The position numbers and the translations under genes were made by a program. This document shows positions 38,068 to 50,853 of a DNA stretch of 64,000 nt, piece after piece (position 1 is the stretch's first letter; the number at the start of each line of letters is the position of its first letter). Source of the stretch: Ostrea edulis (Eukaryota). The notes beneath the pieces were generated by a model. That model was not told the DNA's origin. It worked only from the letters and a program-made list of their open reading frames with translations, and searched no databases. The stretch spans positions 103,602,001-103,666,000 of the forward strand of contig NC_079165.1 of assembly GCF_947568905.1 (NCBI RefSeq). The letters run 5' to 3'.

Positions 38068-39784
38068 AATTGGTACCGTATAAGTTTTACATTGAATTAT
38101 AATTCCCTAGACTATAGTATACTATACATCTACTATTACTTTGAAATTTCAGTGACCTAAGACATATATCAAACCTGAGGTTTCGTGTTTCACACAAACA
38201 TGTAGGTTTGCAAAACCTTTCTAAAAATGATGAAAATTAATCACAAGTCTGCATATGCCCTCTCATAGGCAAATATATGCATTGGATGTATAAGTAAGAT
38301 ATATATACTACACGTGTGTCCTTCTCTTGACCCACATTTTGTAAATAAAACAGATATGATGAGTCTATGGCAGTTTATGAAAACATATATGTCATCTCAT
38401 ATTGCAATTTATAATTTTGAAACATCAGTATTTTAATTTTTACTGAATATGAGACACAATTTTAAAATCCACATTGTCTGACGCAGTCTAATTACTCAAT
38501 GGTATAATATAGACCTAACTGTGGAAATATCAATTATGATGATCTTTTTTCTAGGCATCAGCCTGAGGACCATTGGAGGTTAGATAGGACCAGTGCAGGT
38601 TGAAGTGGGTTTCGAGTCAACAAGTTTAACAGCAAGAAAGATACTAATCTATATTTTCTTTAGATAAACATCAGACAGCATTTGTAAAGACAATTATGAG
38701 TATATCAGATATTCATCTTTTTTGCTATATTTAAATATATTTATCTATATTTTGAACAGATACTCCATTTACAGTGATGATGACATATCCCCTGGATCCC
38801 CACAACTCCACAAATTTAAAAATGTTTGATCAAGTTCCGAAGATTAAAGAACTACTGCAAAATCTGGGACTTGGATGAAAAACATTACTTCACTTATGAG
38901 CTCAGAGCAGTGGATGTTGTACAACATACTTTAAACTAAATTGTGAATTTAAGGGAAAACAAGTACATGTACTCATGTATTACATGCACATGCCTTTTGA
39001 AAGACAATAATATTGCAGAGATGTAAAGGAAATTTCACTGTTGATTACTCTTTCTTAGATATATTAGTTAAAAAAATATGCACATGATAGATTGCCAATT
39101 TTATAACTTCAATCAATGTGTTTGAATTTTCGTTGTAATTCAAAATTGGGTTGAAACATACATCATTGATACATCAATGTACATCAAATTTTTAGAAAAG
39201 TTTCATAATGGAACTAATTCACCCCCCCCCCCCCCACCACCACCACCTTATACATACAGTGAACATAGACCTTCACCTGGGGAAAATTACTGTTAGTTAA
39301 TGCAATATACATGCATTCTCAGTTATCTAATAGTGAGTTTTTGGTTCATTGTGAAACTAAAATTAGGAATCTTAAACTTATTAAAGACACACCTATCTGT
39401 GAAGGGCAAGATGGCTCAGATGGACTTAGTGATCCATGGGCAGTCCATGGGCCTCTTTCCATTGATAATAATTATCTATTGAAATATTTAAACATATTTG
39501 GTGTATTATATTGTATACTCATATCAATTTCTATCAAAAATGTGTATAGGTAATATATTGGGTCCAGTTATTACAAGAAATTGTATGAAAAATAACTAAA
39601 TATTTAGGCAATCATTGTGAGTGCAAAAAGGTCAACTGCAATAGCACACACTATATATCATTCTTAAATGGCTCATCGAAACTTCTAGTATTGTGATGTT
39701 GAATGCTCAAAGTGATAATTTGGGAATGCTTAATCATTTAAGATCAATAGTTTATCTCAGCTGACTGTATCTCTTAAAATTTAT

Positions 39785-41470
39785 TTCTACTTGCTTACTT
39801 AATCCTCTTCGTGCATGTCTGCACATAAGGCTGAAATCAGCTCCCGTCACACTTGTCTGTCCCTTGCCTTCTTTTCTGCTTCTTTCCAGGTTAGTCCCAT
39901 CTCTTTCAAATCTCCATCTATCATTCTTCACCAGATTTCTTTTGGTCTTCCCCTCTTTCTTTTCCCTTCAGGAGTCCATCTGAGAGCGACATTTGCTGGG
40001 CATGCTTTGTTCATTCTCATGGCGTGCCCTAGCCACCTCCATCTGCGTTGTTTAATTTCTAATTGGATGCTCTTTTGAGATGTTTTACTCCATAGGTCTT
40101 TATTAGAGATCATTTTCGGCCAATAGATTTTGCAGATTCTCCTAAGGCAGGTGTTATGGAAGGATGACAGCTTCTTAAGATCGCTCTGAACAAGTTTCCA
40201 GCACTCTGCTCCATAAAGTAATATGGACTTGACATTACTGCTATAGATCCTTACTTTAGTTTTAAGGGAAACTTTTCCTGATCTCCATAAAGGTCTTAAC
40301 TGACAAAAAGCTGATCTTGCCTTGCTAATTCTCGATGTTATGTCTTTTGATGTTCCATTGTCTTTACTTATGATGGCACCTAAGTATGTAAAGTTGTCTA
40401 TTTCTTCGATGTCATGATCCTGGATTCTTATGGGTGTATTACAGGTATTGTTTATCGCCAATACTTTTGTCTTCGTTGCATTTATGTCCAAACCAATAGA
40501 CTGTGCAGTTGTTTCTAGTCGTGCTGTCTTTCTTTGCATTTGTTGTTTGTTGCTAGAGATGAGACAGACATCATCGGCAAAATCAAGGTCTTCGAGAAAT
40601 GATTCCAATGTCCATCTTATTCCAGTATTTTCATTTCCGAGGGTAGATCTCATGCACCAATCTATAGCCGTGATAAAGAGAAGAGGAGATACAATACAGC
40701 CTTGCCTCACTCCAGTGTGTACATTAAACTAATCAGATTATTCTCCGTTGTGGATAACACAGCATTCATAGTTGTTGTAGAACACTTTGACAAGTGCTAC
40801 TATGTAATCTGGTAGTCCATATGCTGAAAGTATTTTCCACATGTAATGTCTATCAATGCTGTCGAATGCTTTTTTGAAGTCTACGAAATTGAAGATGATT
40901 TTGCTTTGCCATTCTAAGCTTTGTTCGATGATATTTCTGATTGTAAATGTATGGTCAATACATCCTCTGTTTCGTCTAAATCCAGACTGTTCTTCCCTCA
41001 ATTTCTTGTCGATTAAGTCATCTATTCTATTTAACAATATTCTAAGGAATACTTTACTTGGTATGGATAACAATGTTATACCTCTCCAATTGTCGCATAT
41101 TGTTAGGTCTCCTTTTTTGGGCAGTTTTATGATGATGCCTTTTGTCCAGTCCTCCGGAATGTTTTCATTGTTTCAGATCTTATTGAACAGTTGGTGTATA
41201 ATAGTTGCTGTAAACTCTACATTTACTTTAAGTACTTCAGCACAAATTGAATCTTTTCCAGGGGACTTCCCGTTCTTTAATTTCTTAATGGCTCTTTTGA
41301 TTTCATCTATGGAGATGTCTGATAGGTCGATATTAAGAGACTCGCCAAAAGGTTGGATGTTCAATGCCTCACAGTTATTTACTTTATTCAATGTCTCCTT
41401 AAAGTGTTCTGTCCATCTTTCTAGTTGCTTTGCTTGAGATGTTATGACATTTCCTTCCTTGTCCTTGACT
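39785..41470 (-). mobile_element. 5'-truncated, inactivated RTE-clade LINE (RT domain and 3' end)
   Basis: EQSGFR, FVDFKKAFDS, GVRQGC, LEDLDFADD, YLG, WRWLGH, GKRKRGRP motifs; in-frame stops near 40730-40740; TAAG-like 3' tail near 39790. Confidence 0.92.
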
Positions 41471-42281
41471 AGTTATCTGTATTTAGATACTACTTGACTT
41501 ATTGTGAAAATGAAATAAAATCAGAAATTTTATGAGCAGAATTGTTTTGTTGTCAGAAAATGTATGCCTGATAGTGTTTGAAAAACGCCATATTTAGGGT
41601 AAATTTGGCCAATTGCCAAGTCAAACATCCCAATGTTTCCCTTGGATGCATTTTGAATTTCTAATTAATGTTGATTTTTTTTTTATCTGTTTGTGTTTAA
41701 TTTACATAAATATATATGACAAACAATATTTCTGATGTCAATAAAAAAAATTTATTGGCTTCTGTGTTAATTTGCTCAATTTTGGCATTTTTTGCATTTT
41801 GGGCTGCAAAAGAGGGGATTTCAATCTCGCTTTCCTCGAAAATTAACCTGATTACTTTTGTCGATTTTTTTTATATGTTCTAGGATAAAGTCTGAATATT
41901 ATAATAAATAAAATTGAAAAAATTCAATGAGTGATTTTTTGGGGGGCTAGCTATCAGTAGCTACCTTAAGTGTGTATGGTTTATGCCATTTTGGCAATAT
42001 TTCAGCCAGTTTCCTTGACGGCACCCAGTGAACCTACTCTTTTAAGAAAATCAGGTAAACGATCTTTTGCGTGCCAAGGTGGTTGTAATCTTTGACACGG
42101 GGCACCTTTTAACGTCCCGCCCGATGGGAAATGCAGGAAGTCTACGTTGATATTTTGAATTGAAAACATTCACATTTGCCGTATTTTTAAGTGAAATGCA
42201 GTCTGAACAAACATTTAATACATGCTAAATTCCAGCCCACCATACACAGCGGCAGTCTTACAAATTAACTCTACCGTAAAC

Positions 42282-42289
42282 TATAAATA
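42282..42289 (+). promoter_or_regulatory. Candidate TATA box of G4
   Basis: AAAC-TATAAATA-G conserved in the homologous upstream region of G5/G6. Confidence 0.5.
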
Positions 42290-42328
42290 GGAATATATTC
42301 ACATTTCTCTTATTGTGTCGAAAGCATT

Positions 42329-43612
42329 ATGACTATGTTTTATTCCTGTGAAATAAATGGAAAACTATTTGAACCAGGAAGCTCATACCAGACATTAACA
42401 ACAAAGATGGAGAACAGTTCGTATTTATCGGATAAATTGGAGAAATGGAATAGTGAGCTAGCACGGGGTTTAACCCCGAATAATGTGATTTTGTCTCTGT
42501 ATATCTTAACTGGTTTGTTGGGAAATTCTACAGTGATTCTGATTTATAGATTTAAGATGAGAGGAAACAAGGAGGAGAGATATTTTATTCCATTCCTTGC
42601 TACGGCGGATCTATGTGGTTCATTGGTTTGCGCTTCTTTTGGAATCGCTCTCAACATGATGCAGGCCGAGTTCAACAACATGCACCTGTGTAAAGCTTGG
42701 TGGTTCTTCGCGGCGTTTACTACTTTTACGTCAGGCTTTTTTCTCGTGATCATTGCCGTGCAAAGGTATCTCAAAGTCTGCAGACCTCTTGCTAAACAAA
42801 TGACACTGAAATGGAAAAGATTTGCTTTAAGCTTGAGCTTGTTGGTAGCATTTATACATGCTGTACCTATGGTTCATTTTTATGGATCCGTTCCCTTTCC
42901 TAATGAGGAGGAGGGGATCGTTGGACTACGGTGTAGCAGGCTAAAAACCACCAACGAAACAGGTTCTTTGATCTTTGGAGGAGCCTTAGTCCTCATAACA
43001 GTTGCATGCATTGTCACGCTAATTTGTCTGTATTCTAAAATTGGATACACTATTCTTGCACACTTCAAGTTTTCTAAAATCGATTGCAAACCCGATACCA
43101 GTTCGGAAGTAGAAAAGACCAGCAAGATTGATCACTCTCAGGTCAAAATCCCGAGTAGCAACGGGCCGCTTAGTGACACTGATGATGGCACTTACTCTGT
43201 CGAGACGTACAACACAGAATTATCCGAATCGTTACCTCCTCAAAAGTTTATAAAACCAACAGGAAAAACTCTTACAACAAATACAAAACGTGAAAGAAAA
43301 GTGAATCCTTATAAGTCAAACGCAAAACGGAGAAAGGAAAGACTCAACCTGCGAGTTGTACATAAATTCACTCTGATGTTTATGCTCATCACGATAATCT
43401 TCCTCATTTGTTACATCCCTAAGGTTATCATCATGTTACTAGAGGCCAGGAACTCGAAGTTCTGGGAGGAGTTTTCAGATTCTGCTAGAGCTGGCGTGCT
43501 CTTCGTGTATAGGATGTACATCATAAACAATATTACTAATCCAATCATTTATGCATTCCTGGACGAACAGTTTGCTAAAGAAATCAGGTCGTTGTTTAAA
43601 CATTGCAAATAA
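42329..43612 (+). CDS. G4: intronless class A orphan GPCR; the Met homologous to the other paralogues is at 42407, with a possible 26-aa in-frame extension from 42329
   Basis: GNS, LATAD, QRY, CYIPK, NPIIY; close paralogue of G2 and G5. Confidence 0.95.
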   Translation: MTMFYSCEINGKLFEPGSSYQTLTTKMENSSYLSDKLEKWNSELARGLTPNNVILSLYILTGLLGNSTVILIYRFKMRGNKEERYFIPFLATADLCGSLVCASFGIALNMMQAEFNNMHLCKAWWFFAAFTTFTSGFFLVIIAVQRYLKVCRPLAKQMTLKWKRFALSLSLLVAFIHAVPMVHFYGSVPFPNEEEGIVGLRCSRLKTTNETGSLIFGGALVLITVACIVTLICLYSKIGYTILAHFKFSKIDCKPDTSSEVEKTSKIDHSQVKIPSSNGPLSDTDDGTYSVETYNTELSESLPPQKFIKPTGKTLTTNTKRERKVNPYKSNAKRRKERLNLRVVHKFTLMFMLITIIFLICYIPKVIIMLLEARNSKFWEEFSDSARAGVLFVYRMYIINNITNPIIYAFLDEQFAKEIRSLFKHCK

Positions 43613-43847
43613 GGAGCAGCTTTCCCGAATACTTTATGCTTTTGTTGCATTTGATATGCATGTATAATATATCTCTGTTTGATACAATTAACATTTTCTT
43701 TTTAAACTCCCATAGTGTTTTTTTTTTTTTTTTCGTATTTGGTGACCTATGTATAAATGATCTCTATGTATATTACCATCTCTGAACAACATCATCGTCA
43801 TCTTTTTTATATTCCTATGTATTTTCATATTGGACGAACTGAAATTG

Positions 43848-43904
<57 letters not shown>

Positions 43905-44552
43905 ATAATATTTTTTATTATAGTCTTTCTAATTTTTTAACATTCTTTTTATCTCCTGTGTTTTCGGCGAAATATCTTATCAAGCGTTATTTATTTTCAC
44001 ATTTGAGATTGAGGTATTTATATAATGTTAACTGATCTTTTCCTAATCTTACATAGCCTGTTTTGAATTGGATTAATATTCAATGTCAATATATCTAATT
44101 CTACAAGTAAAATCAATACAAATCTTCTCTTCTGTTCACTTATTTCTGAATGTTAATGGTTGTAATTATGGTATACATATACCTAACAGAACAACGTTTA
44201 TACATTTTCACGTGACATATTCAAAACAATTTCACTTTCATTTTAACAAAGAAAACTTTTTTTTTTAAAAACTGAGATAGTTTTATTTTAATTAAGTGTC
44301 ATAATGTGTTAGTGTTGGTAGCGAAATACTTGCAATAATGTGATGATTTCTGTATTATTAATCAAACACAAATATAATCAATATGTATTAAACGTACACG
44401 TTCTTCTTGTATAGGGCGAAATTTTATTATCAAAATAATAGATGACCCATTAAATTACATGATACCATCAACAGTTTCAAACGAGTAGAATTAAAGGTCT
44501 GAAGTTGTAAGAGTACATATATCTTTTGAAGGAATGAAGTTAACTTTTATCC

Positions 44553-44666
44553 ATGAAAGAATAAGATAACGAACAGTGATCAATCTCATGATTCCTATAA
44601 GCAATACAAAATTAAGAGTTGGGCAAACACCGATCCATGGACACACTAGAGGAGGGATCAGGTGAC
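44553..44666 (-). mobile_element. Short 3' fragment of the Naiad-like repeat
   Basis: ATGAAAG..AAGATAACGAACAGTGATCAATCTC. Confidence 0.7.
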
Positions 44667-45749
44667 ATGTTTTCTTATAATTTGTTCACCTTTCAGTCGT
44701 TAAACTCATCATCATTACAAACATACATAAAGAATCAGCACATGAAACACGCGAAATACAGTTATGAAGAGAATTATGAAAACACGTAAACTGTCACGAG
44801 TTACAAATGTAATTTATATGATATGATATCGGTATAAATGAGTTTCATTCCGTATGATTTAATGCATAATTAATTGGTTGCGGTTTTACGCCGTTCTGGC
44901 AATGTTTCAGCCATTTTACGGCGTCGATTTAATGCGAAATGACAAAGCTACACATTTTATTTCATAAAAAGGAACAAACACCAATCAATAGAAATCCCTT
45001 GCGCTGCGGAAGGATTCTCTTACCAACTACCGATGTAGCATTGACCGTGAAGGAAGTCATCTTGGTTCTTCGTGTAACCGGAGCATGTAATGCTATTTTT
45101 CAAATTTGAAAGACGTAGTTATTGAAGGTTGAGTTAACAATGAAACTTGATAAGAGGGGGTGTGTTTAGACCTAATGTTTACGTAACTACTGTGTATCAC
45201 CGACACCGGATATTGCTACCAGACGAAGCGAGGACGTTTGAAGTAATAACACACCACGATTAGAAGTCCTTCTTTTCAACAACTTTTTATGCATTTGCTG
45301 ATGCTACCCGTTTGTTTGGATGTTTCAACTATGTTCAGACGTATTGTCAATGACTTAGAATTACACGAAATAGGGCATTTTTCGTTTTATACATTAAATT
45401 TAAGCTCCAGGAACCTGTGAAACTGAGGGCTCATTCTCAGTTTTTAATTCAAATACAATTCTAGTGATTCATTTCACTGTTTCCCCGTTATGATATGGGC
45501 AATATTCTTACATTGAAATCTGTGTTAGTCCATAAATGTTGATTTTATGAAAGAAATTAACAAAACCAATTCAAGACCTTAGTGATTGATAACTATTGGT
45601 GATCTTCAATTAGTTTCATTACATTTAATTCTCCGACAAAGCTAATGCGTGATCATTGCATCATTTCGTATTCAATATTTTACAAATTTTCTTTCAGGAA
45701 ATTGGATGCACTAAGGTCAATTTTTCAAATGATTAATATTAAAAATAAT

Positions 45750-46194
45750 CATTTTCATTCATATGTCAATTACATATATCCATTTGAAATCGCAATAAAA
45801 GACACCACAGAATCCTTCGCCTCTGCTTCGTACTTATCTACCATTGTTAAAGGTATGGCGTGACCTATTTTTCTTTGTTGATGATGTCAATAAATACCAT
45901 TTTGATATAATGTTGGATTGTTTTTTTTTTCTAAATAGTAACAATGTAATTTCATACCGATCTTTAGATCATTCTTGACACACTGATTGTGACTACGAAT
46001 CACTCTGTTTACCTGATTAAGATATTGAATGTGCTCGCGGCGGATGTTACCAGTCGACAGGGGATGCTTCCTCTTCTTAGGCACCTAATCCCACTTCTAG
46101 TATATCCAGGGGTCCCTGTTTGCCGAACTCTCTATTTTGTATTCCTTATAGGAGTTATGAGATTGATCACTGTTCATTATCTTCACCTTTCATG
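45750..46194 (+). mobile_element. Internally deleted Naiad-like copy that retains an RT segment
   Basis: IYPFEIAIKDTTESFASASYL followed by the family 3' tail. Confidence 0.65.
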
Positions 46195-46687
46195 ATACAT
46201 GTTCTAGTTTGATGGTTTATCTCCCTTTCTTGAAAAAATGGAATGACTTGTCTTTCTTTGTTGGTGATGTCAATGAATACCACTTTGATGTAATGATGGA
46301 TTTTTTATTGATCTGTTATTAGTTGCCCACCGACTTTTAAAACCGAAGAGGACTGTATGTTTTTCTCTGTCTACCCGTCCCTTTGTCTGTCAGTCAGTGC
46401 GTTGCATTTGTTTTTCAGACTTTTTCCAGTTATGTTTGTGGAGATTCATTTGAAACATGTAGTGTAGTTTCAGTGTGGCAAATGCCACACTTATTTTTTA
46501 AAGTAAACAATGGCTACTACTTTGGTGTTTGTATTTGTTTACAAATAAATTTTATTTGTTCTAAATCCCTTCAAGACTTTTTCAATCATATTGAGACGTC
46601 ACCACCTGTAGGTGAAGTACCACTTTAGTCCTGTGCTTAGCTCTCAGGGCCGTAGCAGTGAGGGTTTTAACATGCCAAGGGTAAATT

Positions 46688-46797
46688 CAGGTGACCTATT
46701 GCAATCGGTTGTCGTCCGTCGTCGTGCGTCGTCCGTTAACAATGGAACAATTTTAACTTCTTTTTATAACTACCAGACCAACTTGGTATGAACCATT
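46688..46797 (+). mobile_element. Fragment resembling the 5' end of bivalve Helentron/HINE elements; similar fragments at 46318-46460 (+) and 28625-28810 (-)
   Basis: AGGTGACCTATTG..GTCGTCCGTCGTCGT..CGTCCGTTAACAAT pattern with GTC(Y) microsatellites; family call from memory. Confidence 0.45.
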
Positions 46798-49700
46798 CGC
46801 AACGGTCTATGGGGGTGGTGTCGTATCTTTCGTGGTAAGGCTTGCGTTACACGGCTCAACCTGAACCTAGGAGGGCTTCTGTGGCACAGTGGTTTAAAAT
46901 TTAACGCCCTTAACTTCCTGTTTCGCAATACTGAGTTATCTCCCTTTAATCATCAACTTTCGATTACTCAACTATATCACTCACCACTGCCTACAACCAA
47001 TACCTCCTATATTATTTACCCGCACTCTCCAAGTCACACTAAATTTATTAATACACGAAATCTCTTAAATTCTCTTCTCTATTTGTCAAGCTTATCAACA
47101 CCTAGATTGTAAGGAAGTCACAAAATTCCATAAACACTCAGTATCTTCTGATTCGATTCTCACTCTTTACTATCCCGCATTTCCAAAATAGGCAAAACCC
47201 TCAATTCTAGAAAACCTTGTAAATCTCTGTATTCGAAATAAGACCTTTTTTTTTTTTTTTTTTTTTTTACAATTTATTAAAATGGTATAAATCTCTCAAA
47301 TGCACGATCAACAAATTCTAAACTCTGTCTCAGTCTCTCAAGTCACCTAAATCTGTCTATAAACAACTTTTCCCACCACTCTTATGTTGGAAAATCAACC
47401 AACACTCAAAAGTATAAATTATTCCTGACTCCCAATCTTTCTTCCAGACCTCCTGGATGAAATTAAAAAGCAATAACTAAAACTTAGACCCTTGAACTTA
47501 ATTTCTTAGTGAATTTCCAACACTATTGAAATTCCTGAATAATTTCTAAAACTGAGTTCTGGTAAGTCTGAATTCCAGTTATAAAACAACAGCAAAATTT
47601 AGGAATACACTAGCTTCCTCAGCTAAATGTATAATTTACACTAATCTAATAATATATGGATTTCAATAAATTCTGTAACTATAATTATCTGACATCAATT
47701 TACTAAATATTCAACAAATAGCAAATTTCAGCAAAGTCTAATTACTCACTAAAATTCACTTAACTCAACCAAAACTTCTTATGAAATTCCACAAATAATT
47801 CCAAAAACCCAAAGATGTGCTGGAAATATACCTGGCTCTTCTTAAAATAAAATTAAAAAGTCATTCTCAAGTCTAAATACAAAAATGCCCAACCCATGCT
47901 AACTTCTAACTCCTTGCCCCTAAAACGAAGCTTCACTAAGGAAACGAACCTCGCAGAAGAACCAAAATTCCTTGAATCTTTCCCTTTTATAAAACAAAAA
48001 AAAAACAAAAAAAAAAACAGGACGTAAAAGTTGGAAAACGTTGTACACGTTGGAAAATGTCGGAGAATCTCTCGTGACATTTCCCATAAGCGGCAAAACT
48101 CGTAGAAAAATCTAAGTACAAACAAGACAACTATTCTGAATTAAAATCATCACTAAATACATTCCTAAACTGAAATAAGTAAATTATTATCCGTTTAATA
48201 CAAATAACACGGTTAACTCCAAAAATCCCAAAGCTATAGTAACTTTAACGATCGGGCTCGACCTCCTATAATTAAGACAACCAAGTCTGTAAACAAATTC
48301 TACCAGTTTACAACAGGACAATAAACCATCGTTAATCGACTGAAAACAAGTTAGAGGCCGGGAGTAACCTATAAAAATGTACACCCCTACAGCAATTAAG
48401 CATATATGGCAAGAGGGCAGGGCTTAGCAGTGTTATCAGAATAAGCAGCAGTCTGATGCTTGACTCTACACGTGCTCTGTAGCAGACGATATTTTGAACA
48501 GGGAGACTGGCATGATTTATCAAAATAAACTAACGTTTTCCCGCATTTTTTTTACCACTCTGCTCAATCTGTGAGGCACTGAAGGGATATGTTTTTACTT
48601 TAACAAAACTTCACCCTAGGAACTACAAAATGAATTCAGTATTGTTTTATCCATGTCTTTTAAAACATGTAGTTTTATGATAATATACACAAATATTGGT
48701 ATAAATGATATACTAATACTTATGATTTTCCTCTTGGTGCCTTGCAATTATGAGAAGAATTTGGGGGGAAATCGTAGCTGTGCAATTGAGGACATGTGCA
48801 TTGAAGGATTATTAAGAAACACTTTGTCCATTATGATATTTGGAGATCTACTATCTGTGATTGTCTCTTTTGACATTGTAATGTTCACACGTGAGAGTCC
48901 AGATTGAGAGTAATTTTAGAGTGATGGTTGATCAATTGGAAATTTTGTCATCATTGGTGATAGACAATGGGAGTTGCACAACTGGCCTAGGAGATTGTTG
49001 CTTAATCAGACAAACATCATGCTTGACATTATTCGAGAAAAGGTACCAGCAATCCTGCAAAACTCTGAAACAGCAATCAGACTGAACATTCCTAATGAGT
49101 TATTTTTATAAAGTTAACCAATTTTTTAAAGGAATGTGATTATATATCATTAAAAAATAAAATCTGGATTTACCAATGATATGAGTAAGTACTTTTTTCC
49201 ACGTTATACAGTGATTTGATTACATGTTTCCTTTGGTGCAATCTCCCTTATCTAGAACTAGACAAGCATACTCGTGCAATATGTGAGTCAACATCCGGTG
49301 TAAACAATAACAAAAGATAATCACACCCACAAACTGCCAATCTCTAGTTTGAAATACAAATTTCGCCCTGTTTCTGAATGTGACCAGAAAATTCATATAT
49401 TCCACCATTTTCACCAATTGGCTGCTTTTATACCCAATTACCGGCCTTTAAACTACAGGAAACATGCCATCATCCATAAAGCTATGGTTTACTTCCTATA
49501 GGATACCCATTTAAAAGTCCCTAGCAAATTAAGTAAGCTAAAATTCTACAACTTTACCACAGCTTACGATCAGGTGATTTCTACTAAAGTCAAAACATGT
49601 GCTCAAACTATTTCAACACATACAAATCACTTAAACTTTTCAATAATGACCTATCAACTACATGAAAATCATAACTTATACATATTCCTGCAATGTCAAG

Positions 49701-49808
49701 TCAAAATACACCAATACAAGTTCCTCTAAACTTTCCAACAAATGTCATCAATAATCAGGTTCAATAACTCTCTATGAAACTAATCTGTCAAATCACTCGA
49801 CCGTTAAA

Positions 49809-50039
49809 ATATATAAGATCTATTGAGTAGCACCAAATTAGCATAAAATGAAGTAATTGAAAATAGCATTATTTAAAGATATGTTTAATTCTTAATTATT
49901 GCGTGCTTTAAATGAATCAAATAAATCTGTATCATCAGTTAATGAGAGCAATATTGAGTTACTAGTACTGTTCTCTTTTATTGAATTAACGATATCGTTT
50001 GTCTTAATAAGAGCGCGATTATTACAAGATCATCGGTTG

Positions 50040-50092
<53 letters not shown>

Positions 50093-50761
50093 CTCTCTCT
50101 CTCTCTCTCTCTCTCTCAGGGTAAATATTATACTCTGATACTTCCCCTGATTGAAGATAGCCGATCGGCACGGGCTAAGTGTGTCGCAGTCTGTACAATG
50201 GACAATGGTATTACTGTTGGAATGCAAATGGAGTTTATCGTTTTGTTTCATGGATTATGCAAATAAAGGGAGTTTTACTATTGCTGAGAGTATTTTCGAC
50301 AAGTGTACACGTACATCTACGGTCCTTTACATATATTACGAGTAGACCCAGGTAAATCAGTTTTTGTATATTTTGACATATTTACTGCAAATGTACGCAC
50401 ATTCACGTAAAGAAAAGACATTTTATATATATTTATCCAAAGCTTTTAGAATGATTTACTTCTGTACGATATGTTTATTATAATTTTGAGCACTGCGTGG
50501 TGTTCCAAAACGTGATTTTATTTCTTCTTGATGTCCTATAAATTAGTATTGGAGATGTACGTGTTACCTGTCGAAGCTACCCGCACAGGTAAATCGAAGA
50601 TACTGATGTGAAGTGAAGCGTAACAAAACTCGTCCCCTTATATACCATGCGAATCCTGATACATATAACAATAGAATGTTCAACAAATATGGCGGATTAG
50701 CAGAGAAATATGGCGGACATATAGAATTATACTATATTTATTAATTCATGTCAGCTTTAAG
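49809..50761. repeat. Older inverted-repeat unit A, upstream of G5
   Basis: Reverse-complement homology to 54102-55367 with many substitutions and a shared internal GA/CT microsatellite; mirrored at 60576-61538. Confidence 0.9.
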
Positions 50762-50764
50762 TTT

Positions 50765-50853
50765 TTAGGTTTGACACAGTCATGGTACGAGCGAGTCTTG
50801 CACTCAAGACTGGTTACGAAACGAACGCTCTACCAACTGAGCTGCCGCGACCG
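50765..50853 (-). mobile_element. Head only of the same tRNA-SINE; mirrored at 60484-60570 (+)
   Basis: GGTCGCGGCAGCTCAGTTGGTAGAGCGTTCGTTTCGTAACC; body cut off at the boundary of repeat A. Confidence 0.7.

Larger units (their letters stand above)
37615..38093 (+). mobile_element. Retrozyme-like non-autonomous element: 128-bp direct repeats at a 351-nt period, each with a hammerhead motif
   Basis: 37615-37742 and 37966-38093 are near-identical; non-coding, hairpin-rich interior. Confidence 0.85.

Noticed and set aside
40725-40740. TCTGATTAGT on the minus strand of the RTE LINE, matching the satellite unit
   Set aside because: A 10-nt match that includes a nonsense codon; chance is sufficient
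41520-41969. Possible Kolobok or piggyBac-type element ending GTAGCTACC-TTAA
   Set aside because: Only one candidate end is visible and I found no matching inverted terminus
46900-48150. Strand-skewed tract as a mitochondrial insertion
   Set aside because: No recognisable mitochondrial protein, rRNA or tRNA sequence on either strand
48187-49417. Cluster of 60-85-aa ORFs in the outer arm (mirrored at 61930-63164)
   Set aside because: No recognisable domain, many stops in all frames, and arm differences are often non-synonymous
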